Assembly: GCA_021776785.1 (NCBI GenBank)
Contig: JAJFFF010000043.1
Location: 4,196-68,195 of the forward strand
Source: Planctomycetota bacterium
GTDB taxonomy: Bacteria; Planctomycetota; PLA2
Direction: 5' to 3'
Length of the DNA: 64,000 nucleotides
Made by a program: the position numbers and the translations under genes. Below the pieces are notes generated by a model, which saw only the letters and a program-made list of their open reading frames with translations, was not told where the DNA came from and did not search any database. Shown one piece after another: positions 48,055-56,329 of this stretch. Position 1 is the stretch's first letter; every line of letters begins with the position of its first letter.

Positions 48055-48267
48055 ATCGATACTTTATCGGCAGATCGCCGCGTCCGGCAGCGTGGGGGAG
48101 CGTGACTGCGCTCGCTCGGCTCGATGGGACGAGTGGTGCACGGATTGGTGCCGCGGAAACCGCCTAGATCTAAACTTTTTGTCTCAATGTGGCCCGGCAT
48201 GAGGTTAAACGGGACAAAAAGGGAGCAATCTATTGGTTTGTTCCCGGATCAGCGATAGAGCTTCTAC

Positions 48268-51135
48268 GTGGAATCAGTTCAGCACCAGCTCCGTGACCTA
48301 GTCGCGCTTACCGATTTGCGCGAGCGGGTCCGGTTCGCCCAGGCACGAGTCCGCCAAGGCTTGGGGACCGCGTTGCTCGACGCCGCGCGCAAGCAGATGC
48401 GCGAAGATCCGACCGAGGCCGCCCAATTGGCCCTTTGCGCTCGAGTGGCGGTAACGCGTGAATCATCCGACGAACGAGTCGAAGCCCTTTCGCTCCTTGG
48501 TCAAGCCCAGACCCTCCGTGGGAAGTTTGCCGCCGCGGTCCGCGCCTACGAGCGCGCCATCGAGCGCGCCGTCGCGCAGCGTGACAAGACTCGGCTCCGA
48601 GCCCTGTCCTTGCACGCGCGGATTCACCTTGGTCGCGATGACGAGGTGCGCGCGATTGGCGCCGACTGCCTGACGGCCCTCGCCAAAGATCCCGACCCGA
48701 GGCTGATCGTGTTGACGCGTATGTCCTTGGCCGACCAAGCGTTTCGTCTCGACAATCCGCAGCGGGCGCTCGAGCACTACGCGGCGCTGGCGTCGATTGC
48801 GGCGCAGGCGTCGCCGCAACTGCGCGCCGTGATTGCGTGCAACCGCGCGAACGCGCTGGCGGCTTCTTACTTGTTCGAGGAAGCGGCGGCGAGTTTCGCC
48901 GAAGCGCGCGCGTTGCTGTCTGACGATCGGTTCCGCCACACGCGCGCCCAGGTACAGTCCAACACCGCGTACTTGGAGCTTTCGCAGGGTCAGTATGACG
49001 CGGCGCTGCGCCGCTACGACGACGCGAGCGCGTCGTTTGAGGAGCTCGGCGACGCGCGGCATCTCGCGCTGATCGACTTGGAGCGCGCCGAAGTGCATCT
49101 TCGGTTGAACATGCCGGCGGATGCGACACGACTCGCCGCCGCGGCATCCGCACGCTTTCGCCATCTGGGAATGAAAAAGGAGCATGCCCAGATCGAATTC
49201 GTGCGCGGGCAGGCCCTGCAAGCCCTAGGGGAGGGCCGGCAGGCGTCGGAGACTTTCCAGCTCGCGCAGGAGCTCTTTTTGGCGCTCAGCATGTACGGTC
49301 GCGTCGCGGCCTGCATGCTGCAGCGCGCGTTTCTTGCCTTGAAGCAGGGCGACGCAGATTCCGCCACCGAGCAAGTCGAGCAGGCGTCGATCCTGGTCGA
49401 GAACAGCGACGACGTTTTGTTGGCCGCGCGCGTCGAACTCATGCGCGCACGGCTCGCCGTAGAACGGGGGCTCGACTCCGACGCGACCGTTGCGCTGCAC
49501 GCCGCATCGAACGCGATTGAAGGCATTCACGCTCCGTGGCTCTCCATGGAAATCGATCGTTGGTTTGGGAAAACACGCCGCGCGCGCGGTGATACGCGCG
49601 GCGCGGTGGAGGCGTTTCGCCGCGCGATTGACACGCTGGAATCGTACCGAGGCGGAGTTCCGTCCGACGAGTACATGGCCAGCTTTCTTTCCGCGCGCGC
49701 CGACCTCTACACGGACTGCGTTGAGCTGCTCGTTTCGCTCGGCGAGATCGAGGCCGCCTACGAACTCACGGAACGCGGTAAATCGCGTGCCCTCGTGGAC
49801 TTGCTCGACGGCAAAGTCGGTCGGCCCGACGAACAGGCGCGCGACATGCTCGGCCGCGTCAATCGGTTGCGCGGCGACCTGCACGCGGTCTACAAGCGCC
49901 TCTTTGATCACGACTCCGGCCGTGAACAACGAAGCGCGCGCGCTGTGCGGGAAGCGCGTTCGATGGCCGTTCAAATCGAAGGTGAAATCCACACGTTGTT
50001 GCGCGACGCGCGCCGTGTCGACGCCGAAGCCGTGTCCCTCCAAGACGTGGTCGGTTTGTCCGTCGCCGACGTGCAAGCGACGTTGGACCCCGGTGTTGCG
50101 CTCATCGAGTACGTCACAACCGAGCGCGCGCTGGTCGCCTTCTTGCTCACGCGAGACGACCTGCACGTTGTCGTTTCTGACGTCGCCGAAGCGACCCTGC
50201 GCATGAACCTCGACCGCTTCCGTTTCCATCTCGCAAAATTCGACCGCGACACAAAAGATTCCGGGGACCTCGTCTTGGCGGCGACGCGCGCCAACCTCGC
50301 GCAGCTATCAGAACTGGTGATGGAACCGATGTCGGAGCTGCTCGACGGCGTCGACCGTCTCGTCGTCGTGCCGCACGGCGTGTTGCACGGCGCGCCGTTT
50401 CACGCGCTGCCCCTGGGCGAAGACGGATGGCTGAGCGATCGATTCGAGATCACCTACGCGCCGAGCGCGGCGGTGTATCGTTTCTGCCGCGAACGCGGAG
50501 AGGCGACGACAACCGGGGCCGCCGTGTTTGGCCTGCCGGACGAGTTGGCGCCGCTGATCGAACAGGAAGCGCGCGCGGTAGCGGCGCACTTGGGCACCGA
50601 AAACCTGCACTTGCGCGAAGACGCCACGTTGGAGGCGTTTTCTCGCAACTGTAAAGATGCACGGTTCATCCACATCGCGACGCACGGCATGTTTCGGCCG
50701 GAGCGACCGATGCTCAGCGCCATCCGGTTTGCGGACCGTTGGCTCAATCTCTACGACTTTTATGATTTCACGTTGGACGCCGAACTTGTCGTGCTGTCTA
50801 CGTGCGAGAGCGGGATTGCGGGCGTTACAGCCAGTGACGAAGTCTTCGGACTGACGCGCGGGCTTCTCTATGCCGGCGCCCGCGCGATGGTTACCAGTCA
50901 ATGGCGCGTCAACGACGCAGCGACGACGACCTTCATGGATTGCTTTTATGGCGCGTTGAGTGCGGGCACAAGCCCCGCGGCAGCGATGCAGCAAGCCATG
51001 CGCACCGTTCGAGAAACAAAACCGCACCCGTACTACTGGGCGCCGTTTTTTCTCACGGGTTGGACACAAATGACGCACTCGGGGCGGGGACGAAGGACCC
51101 GCACGAGTTCGACTCTAGTAGCTACGGGAACGTAA
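48268..51135 (+). CDS. TPR-repeat protein with C-terminal CHAT (caspase-like HetF-associated) peptidase domain
   Basis: About 600 aa of TPR-like helical repeats, then a CHAT domain with a caspase-type His/Cys dyad: FIHIATHGMF (His, near 50670) and LVVLSTCESG (Cys, near 50800), followed by LLYAGARAMVTSQWRVND. 955 aa. No signal peptide. Confidence 0.85.
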   Translation: MESVQHQLRDLVALTDLRERVRFAQARVRQGLGTALLDAARKQMREDPTEAAQLALCARVAVTRESSDERVEALSLLGQAQTLRGKFAAAVRAYERAIERAVAQRDKTRLRALSLHARIHLGRDDEVRAIGADCLTALAKDPDPRLIVLTRMSLADQAFRLDNPQRALEHYAALASIAAQASPQLRAVIACNRANALAASYLFEEAAASFAEARALLSDDRFRHTRAQVQSNTAYLELSQGQYDAALRRYDDASASFEELGDARHLALIDLERAEVHLRLNMPADATRLAAAASARFRHLGMKKEHAQIEFVRGQALQALGEGRQASETFQLAQELFLALSMYGRVAACMLQRAFLALKQGDADSATEQVEQASILVENSDDVLLAARVELMRARLAVERGLDSDATVALHAASNAIEGIHAPWLSMEIDRWFGKTRRARGDTRGAVEAFRRAIDTLESYRGGVPSDEYMASFLSARADLYTDCVELLVSLGEIEAAYELTERGKSRALVDLLDGKVGRPDEQARDMLGRVNRLRGDLHAVYKRLFDHDSGREQRSARAVREARSMAVQIEGEIHTLLRDARRVDAEAVSLQDVVGLSVADVQATLDPGVALIEYVTTERALVAFLLTRDDLHVVVSDVAEATLRMNLDRFRFHLAKFDRDTKDSGDLVLAATRANLAQLSELVMEPMSELLDGVDRLVVVPHGVLHGAPFHALPLGEDGWLSDRFEITYAPSAAVYRFCRERGEATTTGAAVFGLPDELAPLIEQEARAVAAHLGTENLHLREDATLEAFSRNCKDARFIHIATHGMFRPERPMLSAIRFADRWLNLYDFYDFTLDAELVVLSTCESGIAGVTASDEVFGLTRGLLYAGARAMVTSQWRVNDAATTTFMDCFYGALSAGTSPAAAMQQAMRTVRETKPHPYYWAPFFLTGWTQMTHSGRGRRTRTSSTLVATGT

Positions 51136-51147
51136 AGGACACTGGGA

Positions 51148-52296
51148 ATGAACATGAACTGGGGACGAATGCGCCAGCTGACAGGAATGTTGGCGCTGCT
51201 TTGTCTTTGTACGCACAGCGTCGAAGCTGGCGATAAAGGCAAGGGGAACAACAAGACGACGGAATCGTCGTCGGACGGCGGGATCAACCCGTCCAACGTG
51301 GCGGTCACCGAGTCGGATTTCGAGGCTTCGAGCTCGCCGAAGGAAGAGTCGACGTCCACCGAGTCGTCGACCTACGACGCGAATGCGGGCTCTTCGCAAG
51401 AGCCGACGCCCAGCGAGCCGTCGACGTACGACGCGAATGCGGGGTACTCGCAGGAGCCGATGTCGCCGGAAGAACAGATGCACATCTACGAGGCGCATCA
51501 GCGCGCAACGGGTAGTGGCGTCGTGATTGCCGTGCTGGATGCCGGCTTCGACGCCGCGCATCCGGCCATCGCAGCCAACGTCGTGGGCGGCTATGACGCC
51601 ATCGATGGCGACAGCGACCCGACGGATTTGGGGAACGGCTGGGACGATGACGGAGACGGCATCGTCGACAATGGCGTCGGGCACGGCACCTTCGTTACGG
51701 GCATGATCTTGCGTGCGGCGCCGGACGCGATGATCGTTCCGATCCGCGTGCGCAACGACGAAGGTTGGGGCAGCAACGACGTGACAGCCGACGGCCTCGA
51801 AATGGCCATTCGCATGGGTGTCGACGTGATCAACATGTCGCTCTCGACCGGCAGCGGCGGGTTCACTCGGATCCGAAGGCTGCTAGCTAAGGCCGAGAGG
51901 CAGGGCATCTTCGTTGTAGTCTCGGCTGGCAACGCGTCAAGCAGCGAGCTCGATGCGCTCGGCAAGATCAAGTCCACGATCGTCGTGGGCGCAGTAGATG
52001 CAACGAACACAGTCGCGACCTTCTCGAACGTGTCGAACACCACTTACTGGATGGTCTACGCTCCCGGCGTCGACCTCCTTGGGCCCACGACGCGTGGTGA
52101 GTACCGCTACTGGAGCGGAACGTCGTTCGCGGCCGGCTTCGTGACCGGCGGCGCGGCGCTCGCGCTGGAAGCACACAAGAACATCGCGCTTTGGGAACTG
52201 CGCCAACTCCTGCGCGATTCGATCGATCCGGTCAAGAGCGCGGACGGCGGCTACATCGACAGTGGTTTGCTAAACCTCGCACAGGTCGTCCGATGA
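51148..52296 (+). CDS. Secreted S8-family subtilisin-like serine peptidase
   Basis: Signal peptide MNMNWGRMRQLTGMLALLCLCTHSVEA. Catalytic triad motifs D (VIAVLDAGFD), H (GVGHGTFVTG) and S (GTSFAAGFVTG). The Ser/Thr-rich pro-region contains a tandem ~57-bp duplication. 12 bp downstream of the CHAT gene. Confidence 0.85.
   Translation: MNMNWGRMRQLTGMLALLCLCTHSVEAGDKGKGNNKTTESSSDGGINPSNVAVTESDFEASSSPKEESTSTESSTYDANAGSSQEPTPSEPSTYDANAGYSQEPMSPEEQMHIYEAHQRATGSGVVIAVLDAGFDAAHPAIAANVVGGYDAIDGDSDPTDLGNGWDDDGDGIVDNGVGHGTFVTGMILRAAPDAMIVPIRVRNDEGWGSNDVTADGLEMAIRMGVDVINMSLSTGSGGFTRIRRLLAKAERQGIFVVVSAGNASSSELDALGKIKSTIVVGAVDATNTVATFSNVSNTTYWMVYAPGVDLLGPTTRGEYRYWSGTSFAAGFVTGGAALALEAHKNIALWELRQLLRDSIDPVKSADGGYIDSGLLNLAQVVR
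51361..51474 (+). repeat. Tandem ~57-bp duplication inside the S8 peptidase pro-region (encodes STYDANAG[S/Y]SQEP twice)
   Basis: tcgacctacgacgcgaatgcgggctcttcgcaagagccg...tcgacgtacgacgcgaatgcggggtactcgcaggagccg: two near-identical in-frame units. Confidence 0.6.
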
Positions 52297-52673
52297 CAGC
52301 GGCGACAATCGCTCTGCCGCAGGGCTGGATCGCCCCGAAACGGGCGATCGCCGCGTCCGGCGTGCGCGGCGGCGGCAGCGAGTTTCAACTCGTTTGCGGC
52401 GTCGGGACCTACGAGCTCGACTTGTTGGTCCGCGACTTTCATGAAGTCTTCGAACTGATGGGCCAAGTCACAGAAGGCGAAAGCATTTATGCACCCGTGC
52501 GCGGGCTGCCCGTGCAACTCGTCGACGCGGATGGAAATCCGATCGGCGAACTTGGATCGACGAACGAGTTTGGTGAATTCGAGTCGAAAGCGGATGAGCG
52601 CGGGCTCATCGGGCTTCGGCTCGGGACGGGCGAGGACGCCCCGTGTGTTCTCGTTAGAGGTGAATCACAATGA
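52293..52673 (+). CDS. Small hypothetical protein with a single CarbopepD_reg-like beta-sandwich (paralog of the next ORF)
   Basis: Start at ATG 52293 overlapping the S8 stop (ATGA). Segment PVRGLPVQLVDADGNPIGELGSTNEFGEFES fits the carboxypeptidase-regulatory-like pattern. 126 aa, no signal peptide. Confidence 0.5.
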   Translation: MTAATIALPQGWIAPKRAIAASGVRGGGSEFQLVCGVGTYELDLLVRDFHEVFELMGQVTEGESIYAPVRGLPVQLVDADGNPIGELGSTNEFGEFESKADERGLIGLRLGTGEDAPCVLVRGESQ

Positions 52674-53029
52674 AAACTATCAAAGCCGTCGTCCGTTTCG
52701 ACTCGGACGCCGAACTGGCGCGTATCGGCACTCGCGGATTTGCGAGCGTGAACACGCGCACGCTGATGTTTCAGGGGGAAGGCATGTCGATTGACGTGCT
52801 GATGCAGGATGCCGGTTCGATGAAGATCATGCACGGCCAAGCTGTGCGGATTCCGGTGGGCGCGCCTGTGGATGACGCAGCGGTCATCGCGGGCGACAAC
52901 GAAGCGCAAACCGATCGCATGGGGCAGTTTGTCCTCTCACTGATGGATTCCCATCACGAGTGCTTTTACGTGCGTCGCGGCGACGTGCAACTGGTCTGCG
53001 AGATACCGCAGGCGCCCGTGCTGCCGTGA
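52670..53029 (+). CDS. Small hypothetical protein, paralog-like to the preceding ORF
   Basis: ATGA overlap with the previous ORF. 119 aa. Same layout as the preceding ORF (SIDVLMQDAGSMKIMHGQA...PVGAPVDDAAVIAGDNEAQTDRMGQFVL). Confidence 0.45.
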   Translation: MKTIKAVVRFDSDAELARIGTRGFASVNTRTLMFQGEGMSIDVLMQDAGSMKIMHGQAVRIPVGAPVDDAAVIAGDNEAQTDRMGQFVLSLMDSHHECFYVRRGDVQLVCEIPQAPVLP

Positions 53030-53052
53030 ACAAGAAGTTAGACGCAAAAAAA

Positions 53053-53799
53053 ATGGCGAGCGCTGGAGCAATGTCCAGCGCTCGCGCGCGTCGTGCGGCC
53101 CAGAACGAAGTCGTCATGCTGAAGGAGCTCTTGGAGCACCAGCAACGCGTGTCGCAGGCCGGCCTGATTACGGCGGCGCTCGCGCATGACGTGGACAACC
53201 ACGCACAGGTGCTGACGGGCGCGACGTTTCTCGCGTTGCGCAGCGACGATCCCGCCGAGTGGCGGCGCGCCTTGGAGATCGTGCAGGAGCGCTGTTTCGC
53301 GATGACCGAAGTCACCCGCTCGTTTCTGGGCTTCTTGCGGCGCAAGGACGTGCATGGGGTAGGAGCTTTCGGGCTCATGCGCGCCGTCAAGGAAGCGCGG
53401 CAACTCGTCGAGCTCCTTGCGAAACAGGAAGACGTGACGCTGAGCGTCGTGGTCGATGACGACGCGAACCTGATGGGCGAGCACCGGGTGCTGGTCCAGG
53501 CATTGGTGAACTTGTTGTCGAATGCTGTGAAGGCTGTCGCCGGTCGAAACGAAGGAGCGGTCGTCTTGGAGGTCACACTCCTGGAAACGGAGGCGCGCGT
53601 TGTTGTGTCGGACAACGGGCCCGGCATTCCCGACGAGATCCGGTCGCGCATCTTCCGGCCGATGGCGACAACCGATGGACACGGCATTGGACTGTTCATC
53701 GTCCGCCAAAACATCCGGCGCCTCGGCGGCTCGATCCGTGTCGAGAGCTCCGATGCTGGAACCACGTTCGAGTTGCGCCTGCCGTTGCTCGACCACTAG
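53053..53799 (+). CDS. Soluble sensor histidine kinase (HisKA + HATPase_c, no TM segments)
   Basis: H-box ITAALAHDVDNHAQVL, N-box VNLLSNAVKA and G-boxes DNGPGIPDEI / GIGLFIV. Start chosen at ATG 53053 (MASAGAM). The ORF-track start at 52960 would overlap the previous gene by 70 nt. No response-regulator gene adjacent. Confidence 0.75.
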   Translation: MASAGAMSSARARRAAQNEVVMLKELLEHQQRVSQAGLITAALAHDVDNHAQVLTGATFLALRSDDPAEWRRALEIVQERCFAMTEVTRSFLGFLRRKDVHGVGAFGLMRAVKEARQLVELLAKQEDVTLSVVVDDDANLMGEHRVLVQALVNLLSNAVKAVAGRNEGAVVLEVTLLETEARVVVSDNGPGIPDEIRSRIFRPMATTDGHGIGLFIVRQNIRRLGGSIRVESSDAGTTFELRLPLLDH

Positions 53800-53899
53800 C
53801 CTGTCGAGGGCGAGCCGATTCGCGGCCGGTCGTGATCGTTTGCCGTCGCTGTCTCCAGGAGACCCAGCGAGAAAGCGATGCAAAATCGGCGCGATCGTT

Positions 53900-54931
53900 C
53901 TAGACGCCGGGAAGCTCGGCGACATTACCGCGCGCGATCTCTCGGATCGCGTGCAATTGCGGCACCAACGCGGCGAGCGTCTCGGGCAACAGCGCTTGCG
54001 CCGCGTCACTGCGCGCGGCCTTCGGCTTCGGATGCATTTCGATCAGGAGGCCATCGGCCCCCGCCGCCACCGCCGCCCGCGCCATCGCCGGCACCAGATC
54101 CGCGCGCCCCGTGCCGTGACTCGGGTCCACGACGATCGGAAGGTGGGACAGGCGCTTGACGAGCGGAACCGAGCTCAGATCGAGTTGGTTGCGCACGGCT
54201 GTATCGAACGACACCAAGCCGCGTTCGCACAAGATCACACGATCGTTGCCACCGTTGAGAATGTACTCGGCGGCGCACAACCACTCTTCTACGGTGCACG
54301 CGCGCCCGCGCTTGAGCAGGATCGGTGAATCCGTCTTCGCGGCCGCTTTTAGCAGCGCGAAGTTTTGCATGTTGCGAGTGCCGATCTGAATGATGTCGGC
54401 GTGCTCCGCAACCTGGTCGATGTGACGCGTGTCCATCGCTTCCGTGATGACGGCGAGGCCGAAGTGGCGACCGGCGTCGCGCAGCATCTTGAGCCCCGGC
54501 TTACCGAGACCTTGGAACTGGTAGGGCGACGTTCGCGGTTTGAACGCGCCGCCGCGCAGGATCGTCGCGCCGGCCGCGCGCACGGCTTCCGCCGCGGCGA
54601 AAATACCCTCTTCGGACTCCACCGCACAAGGCCCCGCCATCACGACGAGGTGCGCGCCGCCGATTCCGTCCGTGCCCACCTCGACGACGGTGTCGCGCGG
54701 GTGAAACTCGCGCGCCGCCAGCCGGTAGGGCTTTTTGAACGCGACGACTTTTTCCACGCCGTCGAACGCCGCGAGGGACACGCCACGGATGCGATCTTCG
54801 TCGCCGCCGACCGTGATCACGACGCGGTGGTGGTCCTCGGAGACTCGGGCACGGAGACCCGCCGCTTCGATGGCGCGGACCAACGCGATCCGCTGCTCGG
54901 GCGTGCAGCCGGCACGCAAAACGACGATCAT
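53900..54931 (-). CDS. 3-deoxy-7-phosphoheptulonate (DAHP) synthase, type I-beta with N-terminal regulatory domain
   Basis: KdsA/AroG-Ibeta core motifs (LVVMAGPCAVESEE, KPRTSPYQFQGLG, VVDPSHG) preceded by a ~70-aa ACT/ferredoxin-like domain. 343 aa. Confidence 0.85.
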   Translation of the reverse strand: MIVVLRAGCTPEQRIALVRAIEAAGLRARVSEDHHRVVITVGGDEDRIRGVSLAAFDGVEKVVAFKKPYRLAAREFHPRDTVVEVGTDGIGGAHLVVMAGPCAVESEEGIFAAAEAVRAAGATILRGGAFKPRTSPYQFQGLGKPGLKMLRDAGRHFGLAVITEAMDTRHIDQVAEHADIIQIGTRNMQNFALLKAAAKTDSPILLKRGRACTVEEWLCAAEYILNGGNDRVILCERGLVSFDTAVRNQLDLSSVPLVKRLSHLPIVVDPSHGTGRADLVPAMARAAVAAGADGLLIEMHPKPKAARSDAAQALLPETLAALVPQLHAIREIARGNVAELPGV

Positions 54932-55033
54932 GGGGCCCAGAGTTTACCAGCGCGACCGTGCGGGCCCAGCATCATCAAATCAGCCGAGCGAAACCTGCCA
55001 CGCGGACCGAAAACCCGCCCTCCGCGCGCCGTC

Positions 55034-55993
55034 TTAGACGGTTTCTTCGACGGGCGTCTCTAAGATGACCTGCGCGAGACGAGCGTAGTCCTTGGCGCCT
55101 TTTGAATTGGGGAACGCGAACCCGACCGGCGTTCGCATCATGGGCGCGCGCACCAGGTTGGCGTCGGTGCGGATTGGGGCGAGGACGCGATCTTTTAGAC
55201 CGCTCTCAATCGCCGTCAATATCTCGCGCCCGACCTTTAAGCGCCCGTCGATCTTGGTCGGCAAGAACCGAAGGGTGACGCCGCGGTCCAACCGGCTGCG
55301 AATCAGTGCGACGGTGTTGGTTAAGTCGCTAATCGCTTTGATCGAATAGCTCTGTGCTTCGATCGGCACAATCGCCTCGCGGCACGCGACCAGAGCGTTC
55401 ACCGTCACCAGGCTCAGGTTGGGCGGACAGTCGATCACGATGAAATCGAACTGGTCGTGAATCGGCTCCAACTTGCGGTCCAGGATGGTTTCGCGCAAAA
55501 ACGCGTCGAAGATCTTGATCTCGACGCCCGCCAGGCGCGGGCGGGCCGGAATGCACGACAGGCCGGGGAACAGCGTCGCTTGGATGACCGATTGCGCGTC
55601 CATCTTTTCGTCGACGAACAGCTCCTCGACCGAACTCTCATCGTCGGTCAGCTCCAAGCCCAACGATGCCGTGAGGTTGGCTTGCGGATCGAGGTCGATC
55701 GCCAACACGCGGCGTCCGCGCGCGACGAGCGCGCCAGCGAGGTTGAACGCCGTGGTCGTTTTGCCGACGCCGCCCTTCTGATTGACGACGGCGATGCGGC
55801 GATTTTGCGGCCCCTGCATCTGATGCACGATGCGCCGCGCCTCGTCAAAATCGTAGATGCGGTGGTTGGATTCATCGCGCCGGGCGGCCGGGACACGGCC
55901 GTCGGCCTCCCAGTCTCTCAGGGCACGCGACTCGATCCCCGCCATGCGGGCGACCTCGCCAATTGTGAAGTGGGGCTTTATCTTGCGGATCAA
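55034..55993 (-). CDS. ParA/MinD-family P-loop ATPase fused to an N-terminal MerR-type HTH domain
   Basis: N-terminal FTIGEVARMAGIESRALRDWEADGRV...ESNHRIYDFDEARR is a MerR-like HTH. Then the deviant Walker A VVNQKGGVGKTTTAFNLA and ParA-type Walker A' / B (IVIDCPPNL). 319 aa. Confidence 0.75.
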   Translation of the reverse strand: MIRKIKPHFTIGEVARMAGIESRALRDWEADGRVPAARRDESNHRIYDFDEARRIVHQMQGPQNRRIAVVNQKGGVGKTTTAFNLAGALVARGRRVLAIDLDPQANLTASLGLELTDDESSVEELFVDEKMDAQSVIQATLFPGLSCIPARPRLAGVEIKIFDAFLRETILDRKLEPIHDQFDFIVIDCPPNLSLVTVNALVACREAIVPIEAQSYSIKAISDLTNTVALIRSRLDRGVTLRFLPTKIDGRLKVGREILTAIESGLKDRVLAPIRTDANLVRAPMMRTPVGFAFPNSKGAKDYARLAQVILETPVEETV

Positions 55994-56329
55994 CGGTTCT
56001 TATCCTACGAGATGCTGTATGTACCGGCAAGGGCGCGGGTCCGAAAACGGGCCCGGAGCCGAATGCTCCGGCGCGGCGTTGGCCCTCAGCGCTCGGCCGC
56101 GATGACCGGAATCCGCCGGATCGGAAACCGTCGCTTTCTCCCGGGCTGCGCTGTCGTAAAATCCATGGACCGAGAGGGTTGCGACCGAGCGGGCAGAGCG
56201 ACGACGACGCAAGTCGACCCTCCGCGTGCGAAATCGCTCCCTTTTGAACATCGCTGTCGGATACTGGGTCTGACGAACGGGGGCCTTGGTTGGGCACTTC
56301 AAAGTCTCAACATCATCAGATGTTGAACC

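Noticed and set aside
48055-48267. 8-bp inverted repeat tttttgtc...gacaaaaa in the tpiA/CHAT divergent region
   Set aside because: The 30-nt spacing between the arms is unusual for an operator, and the sequence is AT-rich promoter DNA where such matches occur by chance. Noted but not called.
56270-56300. Possible sigma-54 promoter (tgggcacttcaaagtctca) upstream of the EBP gene
   Set aside because: The -24 element has an extra G relative to TGGCAC, and the -12 TTGC is not present at the right spacing. Too weak to call.
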